Virus record (IMG/VR): IMGVR_UViG_3300022555_000030
Coordinates: 24,295 to 88,294 of that record
Strand: one strand, 5' to 3'
DNA: 64,000 nt
DNA from: a virus
Lineage: Duplodnaviria; Caudoviricetes
Shown here: one piece after another, positions 16,922 through 26,808 of the stretch
Layout of the letters: the number at the start of each line of letters is the position of its first letter
How positions within the stretch are numbered: position 1 is the first letter of the stretch
The notes under the pieces: model-generated
The model's input: only the letters and a program-made list of their open reading frames with translations
The model's database searches: none
Told to the model about the DNA's origin: nothing
Made by a program: the position numbers and the translations under genes

Positions 16922-17518
16922 TTATACTATTTTATCAGCAATACCATAATCTATAGCTTCTTCCGCCCCCATCCAATATTCCTTATTTATATCTTTTAAT
17001 ATTTGCTTACTACTTTTAGTTGCACCACATTCTATTAAATTATCAATTAATAATGATTTATTTTTATTAATTTCTTTAGATTGCAATGCAATATCATCTG
17101 AATCACCCTCAGCATTGCCTGACGGCAAATGTAACATTATTCTAGTATTCTTATATACATATCTATGTCCTTTTGTACCTGCAGCTAATATGAGCACTGC
17201 CATAGATTGGCAACTTCTACCATATGTATGTATCTCTGAACCAATTTTCGATACTTCTCTCATAGTATCAAATAATGTGAAACCACTAGATACATAACCG
17301 CCAGGGGAATCAATATATAATTTTATAGGTGCATGTTCTTGAGCATCAAGTGCAAGAATCATATCTTGAGTATACATAGAACTATATGCATCTGAACGAA
17401 GCATTACAGGTGCAATTATTCCATAAAGAAATAATGATCTATTCTTTCTGAGTAATAGTTCATGAGGTCCCATTAATTCATTCTTTTTAATATTATCAGG
17501 CCTTTGAAAATATTCCAT
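16922..17518 (-). CDS. clpP: ClpP-like serine protease (S14), copy 1
   Basis: LYIDSPGG, QSMA (Ser), IMLHLPSG (His), AEEAIDYGIADKI. Confidence 0.92.
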   Translation of the reverse strand: MEYFQRPDNIKKNELMGPHELLLRKNRSLFLYGIIAPVMLRSDAYSSMYTQDMILALDAQEHAPIKLYIDSPGGYVSSGFTLFDTMREVSKIGSEIHTYGRSCQSMAVLILAAGTKGHRYVYKNTRIMLHLPSGNAEGDSDDIALQSKEINKNKSLLIDNLIECGATKSSKQILKDINKEYWMGAEEAIDYGIADKIV

Positions 17519-17537
17519 AATTCTTTTCTCCTTTCTA

Positions 17538-18107
17538 CTATTCTTTAATATTTATATTAATATATGATCTAGAAGCTATATAATCACTAGATTGAACTAT
17601 AATTTGCAATATATCCCCAGTCTCTACCCCATTTTCAAATGGAAAATCCCAATGGCTCATATGAGTAACTATAAGTTTTGCTATTTTCTTAAAATTTTTA
17701 TTATTTGAAATATATTCAAATTCTTCTTTACCAGAGAACATAGTATAAAATGCACATCCATGGCCATGTATACAATATCCAAGATCATTAGGATAACCAT
17801 GATGAGTTATATCATGCAATAATAGTGCTGATAATATACAATCTCTATCATCACCTGATATATTAAATTCTCTACAAAGATCTTCTCCTACTTTAAATGC
17901 TTTTTTAATATGGATTACTAATCCCCCGGCACAATTTTCATCAGCAGGATGATATTTGCCAGAACTTGAAGATGCTATATTCCAAAAATATTCAGGTGCG
18001 CGTAATAATGTATTAATAGTAAATTGCTGAATATCTTGATTATTTATTTTTCTTATTTCTGATAAAAAATTCTTATCTATTCTTGATCTATTATTATTTT
18101 GCACCAT
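17538..18107 (-). CDS. HD-domain phosphohydrolase
   Basis: SSSGKYHP...GGLVIH...LLHDI...HGH...THM...SDY. Confidence 0.85.
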   Translation of the reverse strand: MVQNNNRSRIDKNFLSEIRKINNQDIQQFTINTLLRAPEYFWNIASSSSGKYHPADENCAGGLVIHIKKAFKVGEDLCREFNISGDDRDCILSALLLHDITHHGYPNDLGYCIHGHGCAFYTMFSGKEEFEYISNNKNFKKIAKLIVTHMSHWDFPFENGVETGDILQIIVQSSDYIASRSYININIKE

Positions 18108-18480
18108 TTTCTCCTAAACTATTTTTAATCTTTTCTTTAGTTTCATCAGATTTTTCTGCAATACAAGTTATAAATTCTTCTCTTTGTGTTTTATCTACTA
18201 ATGCAAGATTAATAAGTCTATTTAATTCACTAGACATTAATTCAAATATTTCATTTATTTTTTGTATTACTTTTTCAGATGACATATTAAACATTAAATC
18301 TCTAGTGCCATATATTTCTGTTTCAAACATCTTTTTAAGTCTTTCTTTTTTTGAATATCTATCATTAGATGCAGAATCCATTGTTATATCAATATAATCT
18401 AACATCCTTCCAACAAACCATTTCATTTCATCTTTTATAATAGAATCTTTTGTACTAATAATAGGCTTTCTATCTATCAC
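18094..18480 (-). CDS. Hypothetical helical protein
   Basis: ORF track; SD AGGAG. Confidence 0.7.
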   Translation of the reverse strand: MIDRKPIISTKDSIIKDEMKWFVGRMLDYIDITMDSASNDRYSKKERLKKMFETEIYGTRDLMFNMSSEKVIQKINEIFELMSSELNRLINLALVDKTQREEFITCIAEKSDETKEKIKNSLGENGAK

Positions 18481-18491
18481 TTTATGCTCCT

Positions 18492-18869
18492 TTAAGTAAT
18501 TTCTACTCTCCCATATTTTTTTAATTTATCACCAATATCATACTTTAATTTTTTAAGTCCTGCCCTTGCAGCTTCTCGTAATACTGCAGGATCAGTATGT
18601 TCATGTTTTGTATTTACTTTTTTAGTATAAGGTTTTACACGAGTTCCATCACTTTTTGTATAACCATATACGTGCTTAGTAAAATTACCATAAACAATAT
18701 AATATGAAGGATATTCAATATCTCCACCACCATTATTATTAGCAGTAAATGTACCTTTAAGATATATAGAATATCTAAGAGCTATATTTTTAGAAATATC
18801 AAATATCCTTCTAGTATTATTAGCTAATCCTTCATTAATTGATTTAACTAATTCATTGATCTGAACCAT
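18492..18869 (-). CDS. Hypothetical basic protein (YTKSDGTRVKPY motif)
   Basis: ORF track. Confidence 0.7.
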   Translation of the reverse strand: MVQINELVKSINEGLANNTRRIFDISKNIALRYSIYLKGTFTANNNGGGDIEYPSYYIVYGNFTKHVYGYTKSDGTRVKPYTKKVNTKHEHTDPAVLREAARAGLKKLKYDIGDKLKKYGRVEIT

Positions 18870-19042
18870 TATTCTTCCTGTGATTTTTTATTCTTTTTAG
18901 TTTTCTTAATTTCTTTTTCTTCAATTGATGGCATATCATCCATTTTATGGCATGAATCACAAATAAAGTCTTCATTAGAGCCACTTATTACTCTCATAGA
19001 GATTAATGCCCCACAAATTTTGCAATTAACATACTTACCCAT
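18869..19042 (-). CDS. 57-aa Zn-ribbon protein (not in ORF track)
   Basis: MGKYVNCKICG...FICDSC; TAATG coupling. Confidence 0.6.
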   Translation of the reverse strand: MGKYVNCKICGALISMRVISGSNEDFICDSCHKMDDMPSIEEKEIKKTKKNKKSQEE

Positions 19043-19073
19043 TTAATTTTACCTCTATCTCCTTTTATTTTTT

Positions 19074-19289
19074 TTATTTATGGCTACAAATAATACTTGT
19101 AGTATATGTTATATTAGGACTAGCAATTGTAGTAATATAAGGGCATGTATTCCAATGATAATAATGACTTAATTCACATTTTTTAAACCATTCATACCCA
19201 CAATCAATACAATATACAACATCACATATATCACAATATTTTACATTAAAGTGCTTGCAAGTTTCTTTTTTATGCAAATGATTATTCAC
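19074..19289 (-). CDS. Small Cys/His-rich protein
   Basis: CKH..VKYCDICDVVYCIDCG. Confidence 0.65.
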   Translation of the reverse strand: MNNHLHKKETCKHFNVKYCDICDVVYCIDCGYEWFKKCELSHYYHWNTCPYITTIASPNITYTTSIICSHK

Positions 19290-19306
19290 AATTATCTCCT
19301 CATTTA

Positions 19307-20383
19307 TTATTTAATAGTTATTGGATATCTCCAAGTTACGCCTTTATGTACGTTCACTCCAATAATCCATTGGCTAGGGTTAGATGATATACCAAGTGTA
19401 GAAAGTGCCCAATCATCATCACTGACTAATGTCCCACACATAAAATACTCAAATTTTGAGGCTATTTCATCACAGTGTCTTTTATGAAAATGGCCACTAG
19501 CCGCATAATCAAAGCCATTAAATTGAATATACCAAGATTTTAACTTTTTATCAAGTGCAAAATATGGAACACCCTGAGAGCATTTTATACTATCGCCATG
19601 AAAGCAAAAAAATCTAAAACCATTAATCATTACAATATCCCCAAAGTCTTCATGGATATTAATTTTAATTCTAGGGTATGTATTTAATCCTGCTTTAATT
19701 ATATCATATAATAATAAATCATAACTAGAAGTCTCTGGAGCTAATTTATCTTTACCATGATTACCTTTAAAACCATCAAATTCTACTTCTGTAAATTCTT
19801 GTGCGAATGAACATATTATATTATTCCATGTAGGAGCTGCAAGCTTTGTTACTTGATCTCTACCACCCATTTCTGTAGTACCTATTTTAGAACCTTGAAA
19901 TGGATTTTCACCTTGAACATTATCACCTAAGTTTAGAATATGTAATTTATTAATTTTATACATTTTTCTATGAAGATTAACTATCCTCATAGTAGTTTCG
20001 AATAATTCATGCATTCTATTTTTATAAATTTCTTGATTAAAAGATTTTGTAACTTTACCAGCATGACCATCACTTGTAATTAATACTGCAATTTCTTCAT
20101 CTTCAGTATGAGTATATTTTTTAGGGGTAAGCAAATTAATTTTTGGAAGATTAACAATTAATTGTTCATCATTTTTCTGTTCCATATTCTCTATTGTTTT
20201 ACTTTTAGGATATTCTATTTTTTTATCTCTTCTATGCGCACCAGCTAAACGCATCATTCTTAAATATGAAGTATATAAAATTTTTAATTCTTTAGCCCTA
20301 TCTTTTATTTGTTCTACAGTAGCATCTTCAAAAAATTCCTTTTCTTGTTCAAATTCTTTAGTATCTTTTCTTGGAATAGGCAA
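19307..20383 (-). CDS. Calcineurin-like metallophosphoesterase
   Basis: SDGHAG, LGDNVQG, GNHG, FHGD, SGHFH. Confidence 0.9.
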   Translation of the reverse strand: MPIPRKDTKEFEQEKEFFEDATVEQIKDRAKELKILYTSYLRMMRLAGAHRRDKKIEYPKSKTIENMEQKNDEQLIVNLPKINLLTPKKYTHTEDEEIAVLITSDGHAGKVTKSFNQEIYKNRMHELFETTMRIVNLHRKMYKINKLHILNLGDNVQGENPFQGSKIGTTEMGGRDQVTKLAAPTWNNIICSFAQEFTEVEFDGFKGNHGKDKLAPETSSYDLLLYDIIKAGLNTYPRIKINIHEDFGDIVMINGFRFFCFHGDSIKCSQGVPYFALDKKLKSWYIQFNGFDYAASGHFHKRHCDEIASKFEYFMCGTLVSDDDWALSTLGISSNPSQWIIGVNVHKGVTWRYPITIK

Positions 20384-20384
20384 T

Positions 20385-21314
20385 TTATTTTCTCCTTTTC
20401 TTTTTATTCGTTAATATATCAGAACCACCAAAAGTTGGGGTAAATATACCTACATTCCCACCAATTCCTACACCAAAACTTTTCATTAATAAATCATCTG
20501 TCATTAAGTTAGCTATTGATGTTTTATTCATATCAATCCAATGGCTGCCTGAAGGTCTTTCATTATTTTTATTATTAGCTTTAATTAATGGTGCTTCATA
20601 TTCTGTACCATTGAATACTTTTGATTTCATAAATTGATAAGTTTCTTCATCTTGTATTAATAAAGATAATGGATCTTGAATATAATATAAATAACTTTCT
20701 GCAAATCTTTCATCTAAGTCTGTATCACCATATTTAGTAATTGCCGGCTTATCATGATTAAGTTGTTTCCATTCAGACATAAAATTAGAAGCAACTCTAT
20801 GCCCTACCTCATGAAGCATCATTATTCTCCAAGGAGAAGATATTCCAGGAAATTCTGAGGAATAATATTCTGCTATTTGTTCAGAAGTAATATTCCCAGA
20901 TGCTTTTGTAAGGAATATAGAATCTGTCATTTCATTATATTCAGCTAAATCACCAATTTTAGAAGGTGTTGAAGTTAATATAATCCTTACTCCATTCCAA
21001 TGTTTAGAAGGTAAATTAGAGAATAATTGCATTGAATTAGTTTTTACTCTATCTGATAATTGTTTTAATTCTTCTTCTGCCGATTCTACAGAAATTTCTC
21101 CTTGGAATTGTTCTTGCTCTTCTTTTCCTCCTTCATTTTTCTTTTCTTCATCTTTTGTACCTTCTTTACCAGTAGGTACATAATATAACCCTCCTTTACT
21201 TCCTCTCTTTACTTTAACCCCCTTAGGAGCTTCACTTTCACTACTTATATATGTCCTAATTGGGTCTGCTTCTTGTTCAGTTACCCATTTTTTAAGAAAT
21301 TCTAAATTACTCAT
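20385..21314 (-). CDS. Zincin (lethal-factor/MPTase-like) metallopeptidase with N-terminal APKG motif
   Basis: MLHEVGH (HExxH); TKYGDTDLDERFAESY; directly downstream of the portal gene. Confidence 0.8.
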   Translation of the reverse strand: MSNLEFLKKWVTEQEADPIRTYISSESEAPKGVKVKRGSKGGLYYVPTGKEGTKDEEKKNEGGKEEQEQFQGEISVESAEEELKQLSDRVKTNSMQLFSNLPSKHWNGVRIILTSTPSKIGDLAEYNEMTDSIFLTKASGNITSEQIAEYYSSEFPGISSPWRIMMLHEVGHRVASNFMSEWKQLNHDKPAITKYGDTDLDERFAESYLYYIQDPLSLLIQDEETYQFMKSKVFNGTEYEAPLIKANNKNNERPSGSHWIDMNKTSIANLMTDDLLMKSFGVGIGGNVGIFTPTFGGSDILTNKKKRRK

Positions 21315-23217
21315 TATCTTCTTCTTCGGATAATTCAGTATTTTTATTATTCTTTATTTTTTTAGGAATATTCTTTTTAATAAGAGGTGACATTTTAAAA
21401 ACATCTAATAACATATTATTTCTACTAAATATTGCAGAATATTCTTCATTTTTACTGATAAAAGATAATGCAATTGAATCATTTATATTATAAATATTAT
21501 TTACATTATCTACTTTATAACCTTTAGAAATTAACTGTTCTCCCCAAGATTTATTAACAAATGATTTAAACATATTTTGTTCTTCATCAGTAAGATTTGT
21601 TGTTGGGTTTTCTGCATTTCCTAGTACTTTTTCTCCACCAGTTGGAGGTTGGCCGCCATCAGCTTGAGGAACTCCGCCAGGCATCCCATTAGGCATTCCA
21701 CCAGCCATCATTTGTTGCTGCATTTGATCTAGTTCACCTGATATAATATAATCAATATCATCAATTGTATCTGTAGCTTCTTTTATTTCAATTTTAAAGC
21801 CAAGTGATTTAAGTTGTGTAGCAACCATCGTTCTTTGCTGGGCAAATAGAATTCTAGTTGATTCAGCTTTTTCTTCTGGCTGCTGTACTACCATTTTCCA
21901 ATCAATAATACCAAATGCGTCCATAATAAAAGGAAACACATTTTCATTAAAGATTCTTTGGTCTGATTCTACAACTCTAGAAAATTGTGTCATTTGTTGA
22001 GATTGACCGGAAAGACCACCTATACCTGTCTGTTCAGATTGCCACATAGGCGGAAGACCCCATAAAGCTGCAATCCTTTCACGAATTTCAGTTCTTACTG
22101 GCATATAATCCATTTCTTGAAGATTATGAAATAATCTAACTAAGTCTACTTTACCGCGCATATTTTGTCTTGAAGAATAACCTACAATAGGAATATGTTC
22201 AGGATCAGCTTTTAATTGTGATACTACATCAGCACGCAATCTTCTTATTGAATCTGTATCATCTGTACCAATCATTAGCATACTAGCAGGTATTTTTCTT
22301 TCAAAGAAATACCTATATACTGTTTTGTCCATCCCTATAATTGAAAGTGCTTTTTCGAATATAGTTAATATAGGAGAAAACCCTGTAGTTTCTGAAGGGA
22401 AAAATTTAGACTTATGAAATACTTCATTTCTTAAAAAATAATGAAATTTGCCACGAAATTTAAAACGATACATAGCGGGAGATAAGTCTCTTCCACATTT
22501 TTCACATTTGCCAGGAGTATCAGATACTGCTTCCGAACGATGGAATACACAAAGCCAATGTGAATTCTCTGGATACCCAGAAGTATCAAGATCATAATCC
22601 ATACCAGAAGGTCTTAAATGGCGTATTTCTATAGGCTTTGATCTTATAATTTCTTTTCCATTTTTATCTTTTTCACCAGTTCCTAGATATTCTTTGCGTA
22701 TATAAAGATATGCATCATCAACTGCATTTACTGAAAAATGAAATTGTTTTAAAATATTTTCAAGATTTTCGCCAAGGATATTTGATTCTTTAATAAATTT
22801 TTTAAGTTCTTCTGTTTGAGATTCTTCGGGTTCTCTTAAATGAGTACTTTCACAAGCATCGCATTTTTTAATAGAATTTTGGAATTCTTTCCCGCATTCT
22901 TCACATTTTTTAGCAAATTTCTTTTCAATAGTAATACCACGCCTAAATACTTCATTTCTAAGATGTAATATGGGGGCTGCTACTTCAGATACAGTCTTAG
23001 CAATAGTAATAAGATCTTCTGTTAATTGCTCTTTATATGCAAATTGTTGTTTAACCCAGGAATTAACAATAGTATCAATACCAGTTGAAATACCTCTACC
23101 AGTATCTCCCTGATTTGCACCAGATTTAGATAGAAAATTGAGAAATCCTATAATTTCGTCTTCTCTATCATGCGCCAATAATAAATTATTATCACCGAGA
23201 TATTCTTTCAATTTCAT
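21307..23217 (-). CDS. Portal protein with Zn-ribbon insertions
   Basis: Follows TerL; EIRHLRP, GFSPI, IAALWGLPP; CxxC pairs. Confidence 0.8.
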   Translation of the reverse strand: MKLKEYLGDNNLLLAHDREDEIIGFLNFLSKSGANQGDTGRGISTGIDTIVNSWVKQQFAYKEQLTEDLITIAKTVSEVAAPILHLRNEVFRRGITIEKKFAKKCEECGKEFQNSIKKCDACESTHLREPEESQTEELKKFIKESNILGENLENILKQFHFSVNAVDDAYLYIRKEYLGTGEKDKNGKEIIRSKPIEIRHLRPSGMDYDLDTSGYPENSHWLCVFHRSEAVSDTPGKCEKCGRDLSPAMYRFKFRGKFHYFLRNEVFHKSKFFPSETTGFSPILTIFEKALSIIGMDKTVYRYFFERKIPASMLMIGTDDTDSIRRLRADVVSQLKADPEHIPIVGYSSRQNMRGKVDLVRLFHNLQEMDYMPVRTEIRERIAALWGLPPMWQSEQTGIGGLSGQSQQMTQFSRVVESDQRIFNENVFPFIMDAFGIIDWKMVVQQPEEKAESTRILFAQQRTMVATQLKSLGFKIEIKEATDTIDDIDYIISGELDQMQQQMMAGGMPNGMPGGVPQADGGQPPTGGEKVLGNAENPTTNLTDEEQNMFKSFVNKSWGEQLISKGYKVDNVNNIYNINDSIALSFISKNEEYSAIFSRNNMLLDVFKMSPLIKKNIPKKIKNNKNTELSEEEDNE

Positions 23218-23698
23218 TAATATTCTCCGCTACAGCTAATTTAGATAATGTATTAATAATCTGAGATTTTAATTTATAACTTTCTGTTCCTGAATTTTTT
23301 TGTATCTCTTCTCGTAAAGTATTATTATATTTTTCAAGATCTCTCATTTTATTAGTTTGTTCATTATACATTTCTTGATAATTTTCAATATCATGCTTTA
23401 ATGATTCTATTTCTAATTTATTATCAGAACTAGATCCTTTACCTAATCCTACTACACTTTCATCAAGAACACCCTCTTTAATGGCTGTAGCAATTAATTT
23501 AGAGAACATTGCATCTGTAAGAATAGTAACTGCTGGACTATCATCAGGAATATCAATATCAACTCCTTCTAAATCAAAATTCTGGATTTTCTTAATAGAT
23601 TCATTTTGAATATCTAAGATTCTCCATGTTCCTGTAATCTTATTAAAAGTTATTTGATATTTATCTAATTTCCCAAAGTCATTTGATAATGTATTCAT
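23192..23698 (-). CDS. Hypothetical coiled-coil protein between TerL and portal (start probably 23698)
   Basis: ATGA overlap with the TerL stop. Confidence 0.7.
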   Translation of the reverse strand: MNTLSNDFGKLDKYQITFNKITGTWRILDIQNESIKKIQNFDLEGVDIDIPDDSPAVTILTDAMFSKLIATAIKEGVLDESVVGLGKGSSSDNKLEIESLKHDIENYQEMYNEQTNKMRDLEKYNNTLREEIQKNSGTESYKLKSQIINTLSKLAVAENINEIERISR

Positions 23699-25464
23699 TC
23701 CTTCTCCATTACTGCCCCACAAATAAGGCATTTTATTTTAGTTTCTTCTCCGGGGTTAACTAAACTATTATTTTTACTATATACTAACCCTTCTTTATAC
23801 CCACATGATACACATACTCTATTATTCTTATTATAATCAAAATTATTAGGAATTGGTAATTTCCTATTTTTCATATCTATAAGATCAAATGCTTCTTCTA
23901 ATGAATTAGAAACTTGTATATATGTGTTACTTTCACTAGGACGATCTGAAAATATAGAATTTAAAGACCCATAACTTACTATATTAGAGCCTTTGCCTGC
24001 AAATGACATAGCTACTGCATCAAACTTATCAGGACTCCTACCAATACGTTCTTTAGTGTCTTTTTTAGGCTCTACTTTAAATTGACCTTTTGATGTAAAT
24101 TCAAATTGTATACCAGTAATTTCTGCAGCTAAATCATTATCTTCAGGTAATTTAATTTCATTCTTTTCTAATGCATTACGAACATTCCAATACATTTCTG
24201 AACGCAAATTAAAATAATGTTCTGGATCATGAGCAGTTGCGCCAGCAATAATAGCATTAATATCATAACCTAATTCTTTTAAACGGTCACATACTCCATT
24301 ACCAACACCAATATAATCTATATTAACAGCATCAGGTTTTATTTTATCTATTTCATTTTTAACTATGCCGGCGGTTTCCATTGTATCTTTATGTTGCCAT
24401 TCTTTTAATGGTTCTATAATATTACCATCACGAATACATAATACAGAAGAATCTTCACCTTGATTAGCTACATCAACAGCTAATATTTTTTTGCCTCTTT
24501 CTGCATCTTCTTTTTCCATTGCTCTTTCAACCCAAGATAATGGAACAAACTGATTATCACCAACTAAAGGAAATTCTCCAAGTACTTTTACTCTAAATAA
24601 TGGATTATCCATACCCCATGTAATAAATTTTTGATATGCCCAATAAGGATTTGATAAATATTGGCGAGGTAATTTATCAGTTATTTTTTGTTGCCATGTA
24701 TTATTTATAAAATCTTCAAGTGTTATTCCAAATTTAGTAAAATTAGGAGAATCAAATACAGAAACATGAAACGATTTATAAAATTTTGACTTAAATGATC
24801 TTCCAAAATCTGTTTGTTCATCTGTAGGATTTCCTATTAATAATAAGCGTACTATATAACCTGAGGATAAAAGACCTTCAATAGCTTCAAAAATTTTTGA
24901 ACCAACACCAGCGGCTTCATCTACAATTACTAATATATAATCATTATGAAAGCCTTGGAATCTATCTAATGATGTTTCATCTGTAGTAAAACCTTCAGCA
25001 AACCATTTTTTTTCAGTTGACATTATTAATTGCTGGGTAAGCATTCTCCCGCCAAGATTAACTTTAGCTGCATAATATTGAGCTGCAATTTCTTTCCAAA
25101 GAATACCACGAACTTGGCGCCCTGTTGGTGCTGTAGTAATTACTGTTGAAGGCATATATGAATTAATAAACCAATGTACTGCCGCACCAGCAATCCAAGA
25201 TTTACCCATACCATGAGCACTTCTTACAGTAGTCCTTTCATTATCTCTTAATGAACATAGAATTTCTTGCTGTTTTTCATAAGGATCAGAATTTAATATT
25301 TCTCTACAAAATTCTACTGGGTGAGTCCTATAATATATTCTTTTTTCATCTGTAATAGGAACTACTTGCTCTGCAATTTGTTTTTTAGAAGATACTACTA
25401 ATAAATCACCAGCAGCTTTTAATGCATCTTCTAAAGATAATAGTTTTTTACTATTATTATCCAC
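23695..25464 (-). CDS. terL: Terminase large subunit
   Basis: Walker A SAHGMGKS, Walker B VIVDEA, GNP, nuclease DVA...D and SPDKFDA; C-terminal CxxC...CxxC. Confidence 0.95.
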   Translation of the reverse strand: MDNNSKKLLSLEDALKAAGDLLVVSSKKQIAEQVVPITDEKRIYYRTHPVEFCREILNSDPYEKQQEILCSLRDNERTTVRSAHGMGKSWIAGAAVHWFINSYMPSTVITTAPTGRQVRGILWKEIAAQYYAAKVNLGGRMLTQQLIMSTEKKWFAEGFTTDETSLDRFQGFHNDYILVIVDEAAGVGSKIFEAIEGLLSSGYIVRLLLIGNPTDEQTDFGRSFKSKFYKSFHVSVFDSPNFTKFGITLEDFINNTWQQKITDKLPRQYLSNPYWAYQKFITWGMDNPLFRVKVLGEFPLVGDNQFVPLSWVERAMEKEDAERGKKILAVDVANQGEDSSVLCIRDGNIIEPLKEWQHKDTMETAGIVKNEIDKIKPDAVNIDYIGVGNGVCDRLKELGYDINAIIAGATAHDPEHYFNLRSEMYWNVRNALEKNEIKLPEDNDLAAEITGIQFEFTSKGQFKVEPKKDTKERIGRSPDKFDAVAMSFAGKGSNIVSYGSLNSIFSDRPSESNTYIQVSNSLEEAFDLIDMKNRKLPIPNNFDYNKNNRVCVSCGYKEGLVYSKNNSLVNPGEETKIKCLICGAVMEKE

Positions 25465-25693
25465 TATTTTTATTCCATTTAAAGAACTTTATCATTGTCC
25501 CGCATTTATGTTTATATTTATTAGTATTTTCAATTTGGGTCATTGTAGAATCTTTTTCAAGTCTTCCATTAATAATATCTAAAAAGTACATTGATTTGCA
25601 TGTACTACATTGTGCTATTACTGTTTCGCACTGATAAGATTTCCGAGGCTTCATCATGTAACCTCCTTGCGATTCTTCCTTTAACTTCATCAT
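25457..25693 (-). CDS. Small Cys-containing protein
   Basis: CSTC...HKCG. Confidence 0.6.
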   Translation of the reverse strand: MMKLKEESQGGYMMKPRKSYQCETVIAQCSTCKSMYFLDIINGRLEKDSTMTQIENTNKYKHKCGTMIKFFKWNKNSG

Positions 25694-26162
25694 CCGTTAT
25701 CTCTTCTGCTAATATTTTCATTATTTTTTGAATAAATTTAAATGATACTAATCCTGTAATTGCTTGCCTTTCACCTTTAACGCCTATATCTATAAGACCG
25801 GCTGCATCTGTAATTTTATCAATTATTAATGTATCATCCCGTAATCCTTCAACACCTTTATCAATCATTTCACGATATACATTTTTATGTTGTTCAATTC
25901 TATTAATGATAGAATGTTCTGCATCTGATTCTATAATATTACTAGCTTTTTCTATCATTGCAGTACGCTTTTCAGCCCAACCTCGTGAAATAATCCACGT
26001 ATTTACTAATGTTTGGCTAGCATTACGGCCTACAAGTTTAGATATTTCTTCTGCTATTTCTCGAGAACAAACGCCTTTATAAAACATTTTTTCCGCTATA
26101 AGCTTTACTTCTTCAGGCCATAACATAAATTTTTTACCAGAAGTATTTGGAGATTTACCCAT
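25605..26162 (-). CDS. Probable terminase small subunit (HTH)
   Basis: N-terminal HTH-like segment ending TW...GW; upstream of TerL. Confidence 0.55.
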   Translation of the reverse strand: MGKSPNTSGKKFMLWPEEVKLIAEKMFYKGVCSREIAEEISKLVGRNASQTLVNTWIISRGWAEKRTAMIEKASNIIESDAEHSIINRIEQHKNVYREMIDKGVEGLRDDTLIIDKITDAAGLIDIGVKGERQAITGLVSFKFIQKIMKILAEEITDDEVKGRIARRLHDEASEILSVRNSNSTM

Positions 26163-26468
26163 TTATAGTTTCCTTTTTGTCTTTACATTCTTCATATCTT
26201 TTTCTGGAATTGATATAGGCTGCATCTTTGTAAAATCAATATGTCCTAATGATTTATCGGATCTTGTACGACATTCTGCTAAATTATAATCTATTATCCC
26301 ACCACAAATATTTCTAGGTTCAATAGCAATTTCTTTACGAATACATTCCCCAAAATATCCATCATCTTCCCCAATAGGTTTGTAATCTTTACAAAATTCA
26401 ATAATATGTTTTTCTTCAAGTTTTTTCCACCAAAGACATTTTATATCATTGCAAAATACTTTAGGCAT
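26163..26468 (-). CDS. Cys-rich hypothetical protein
   Basis: Coupled ORF. Confidence 0.65.
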   Translation of the reverse strand: MPKVFCNDIKCLWWKKLEEKHIIEFCKDYKPIGEDDGYFGECIRKEIAIEPRNICGGIIDYNLAECRTRSDKSLGHIDFTKMQPISIPEKDMKNVKTKRKL

Positions 26469-26806
26469 TACTTGTCCTCCGCTATAACTTTAATAGGGAA
26501 CATAAGATCATACCAATCATTAACACTATCATCTTCAACATTCATATATGATATTATTGTTAATTCATTACCAAGTTCAGTATATTTGCCACATCCTAAA
26601 GATACTTCATTAGGTTTTCCTTGAGTTACAAAAGCTTCAAAATATTCACTAGTAGAATTATTATATACTTTTACAATTTCGCCTATAGCAATACTAGCTT
26701 TTTGTAATAGAGCACTATCTATTTTAATACTGCCATATTCAGCACCAAAATCATTTATTTGCAAATTAGTAATTTTACTTTTAACCATTACTCTTTCAAA
26801 TTTCAT
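26468..26806 (-). CDS. Divergent aspartate 1-decarboxylase (PanD)-like protein
   Basis: RVMVKSKI...YGSIKIDSALL..A.I...E.V.VYN...FE.FV...G..L.IISY; Gly-Ser cleavage site retained. Confidence 0.75.
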   Translation of the reverse strand: MKFERVMVKSKITNLQINDFGAEYGSIKIDSALLQKASIAIGEIVKVYNNSTSEYFEAFVTQGKPNEVSLGCGKYTELGNELTIISYMNVEDDSVNDWYDLMFPIKVIAEDK

Positions 26807-26808
26807 AT

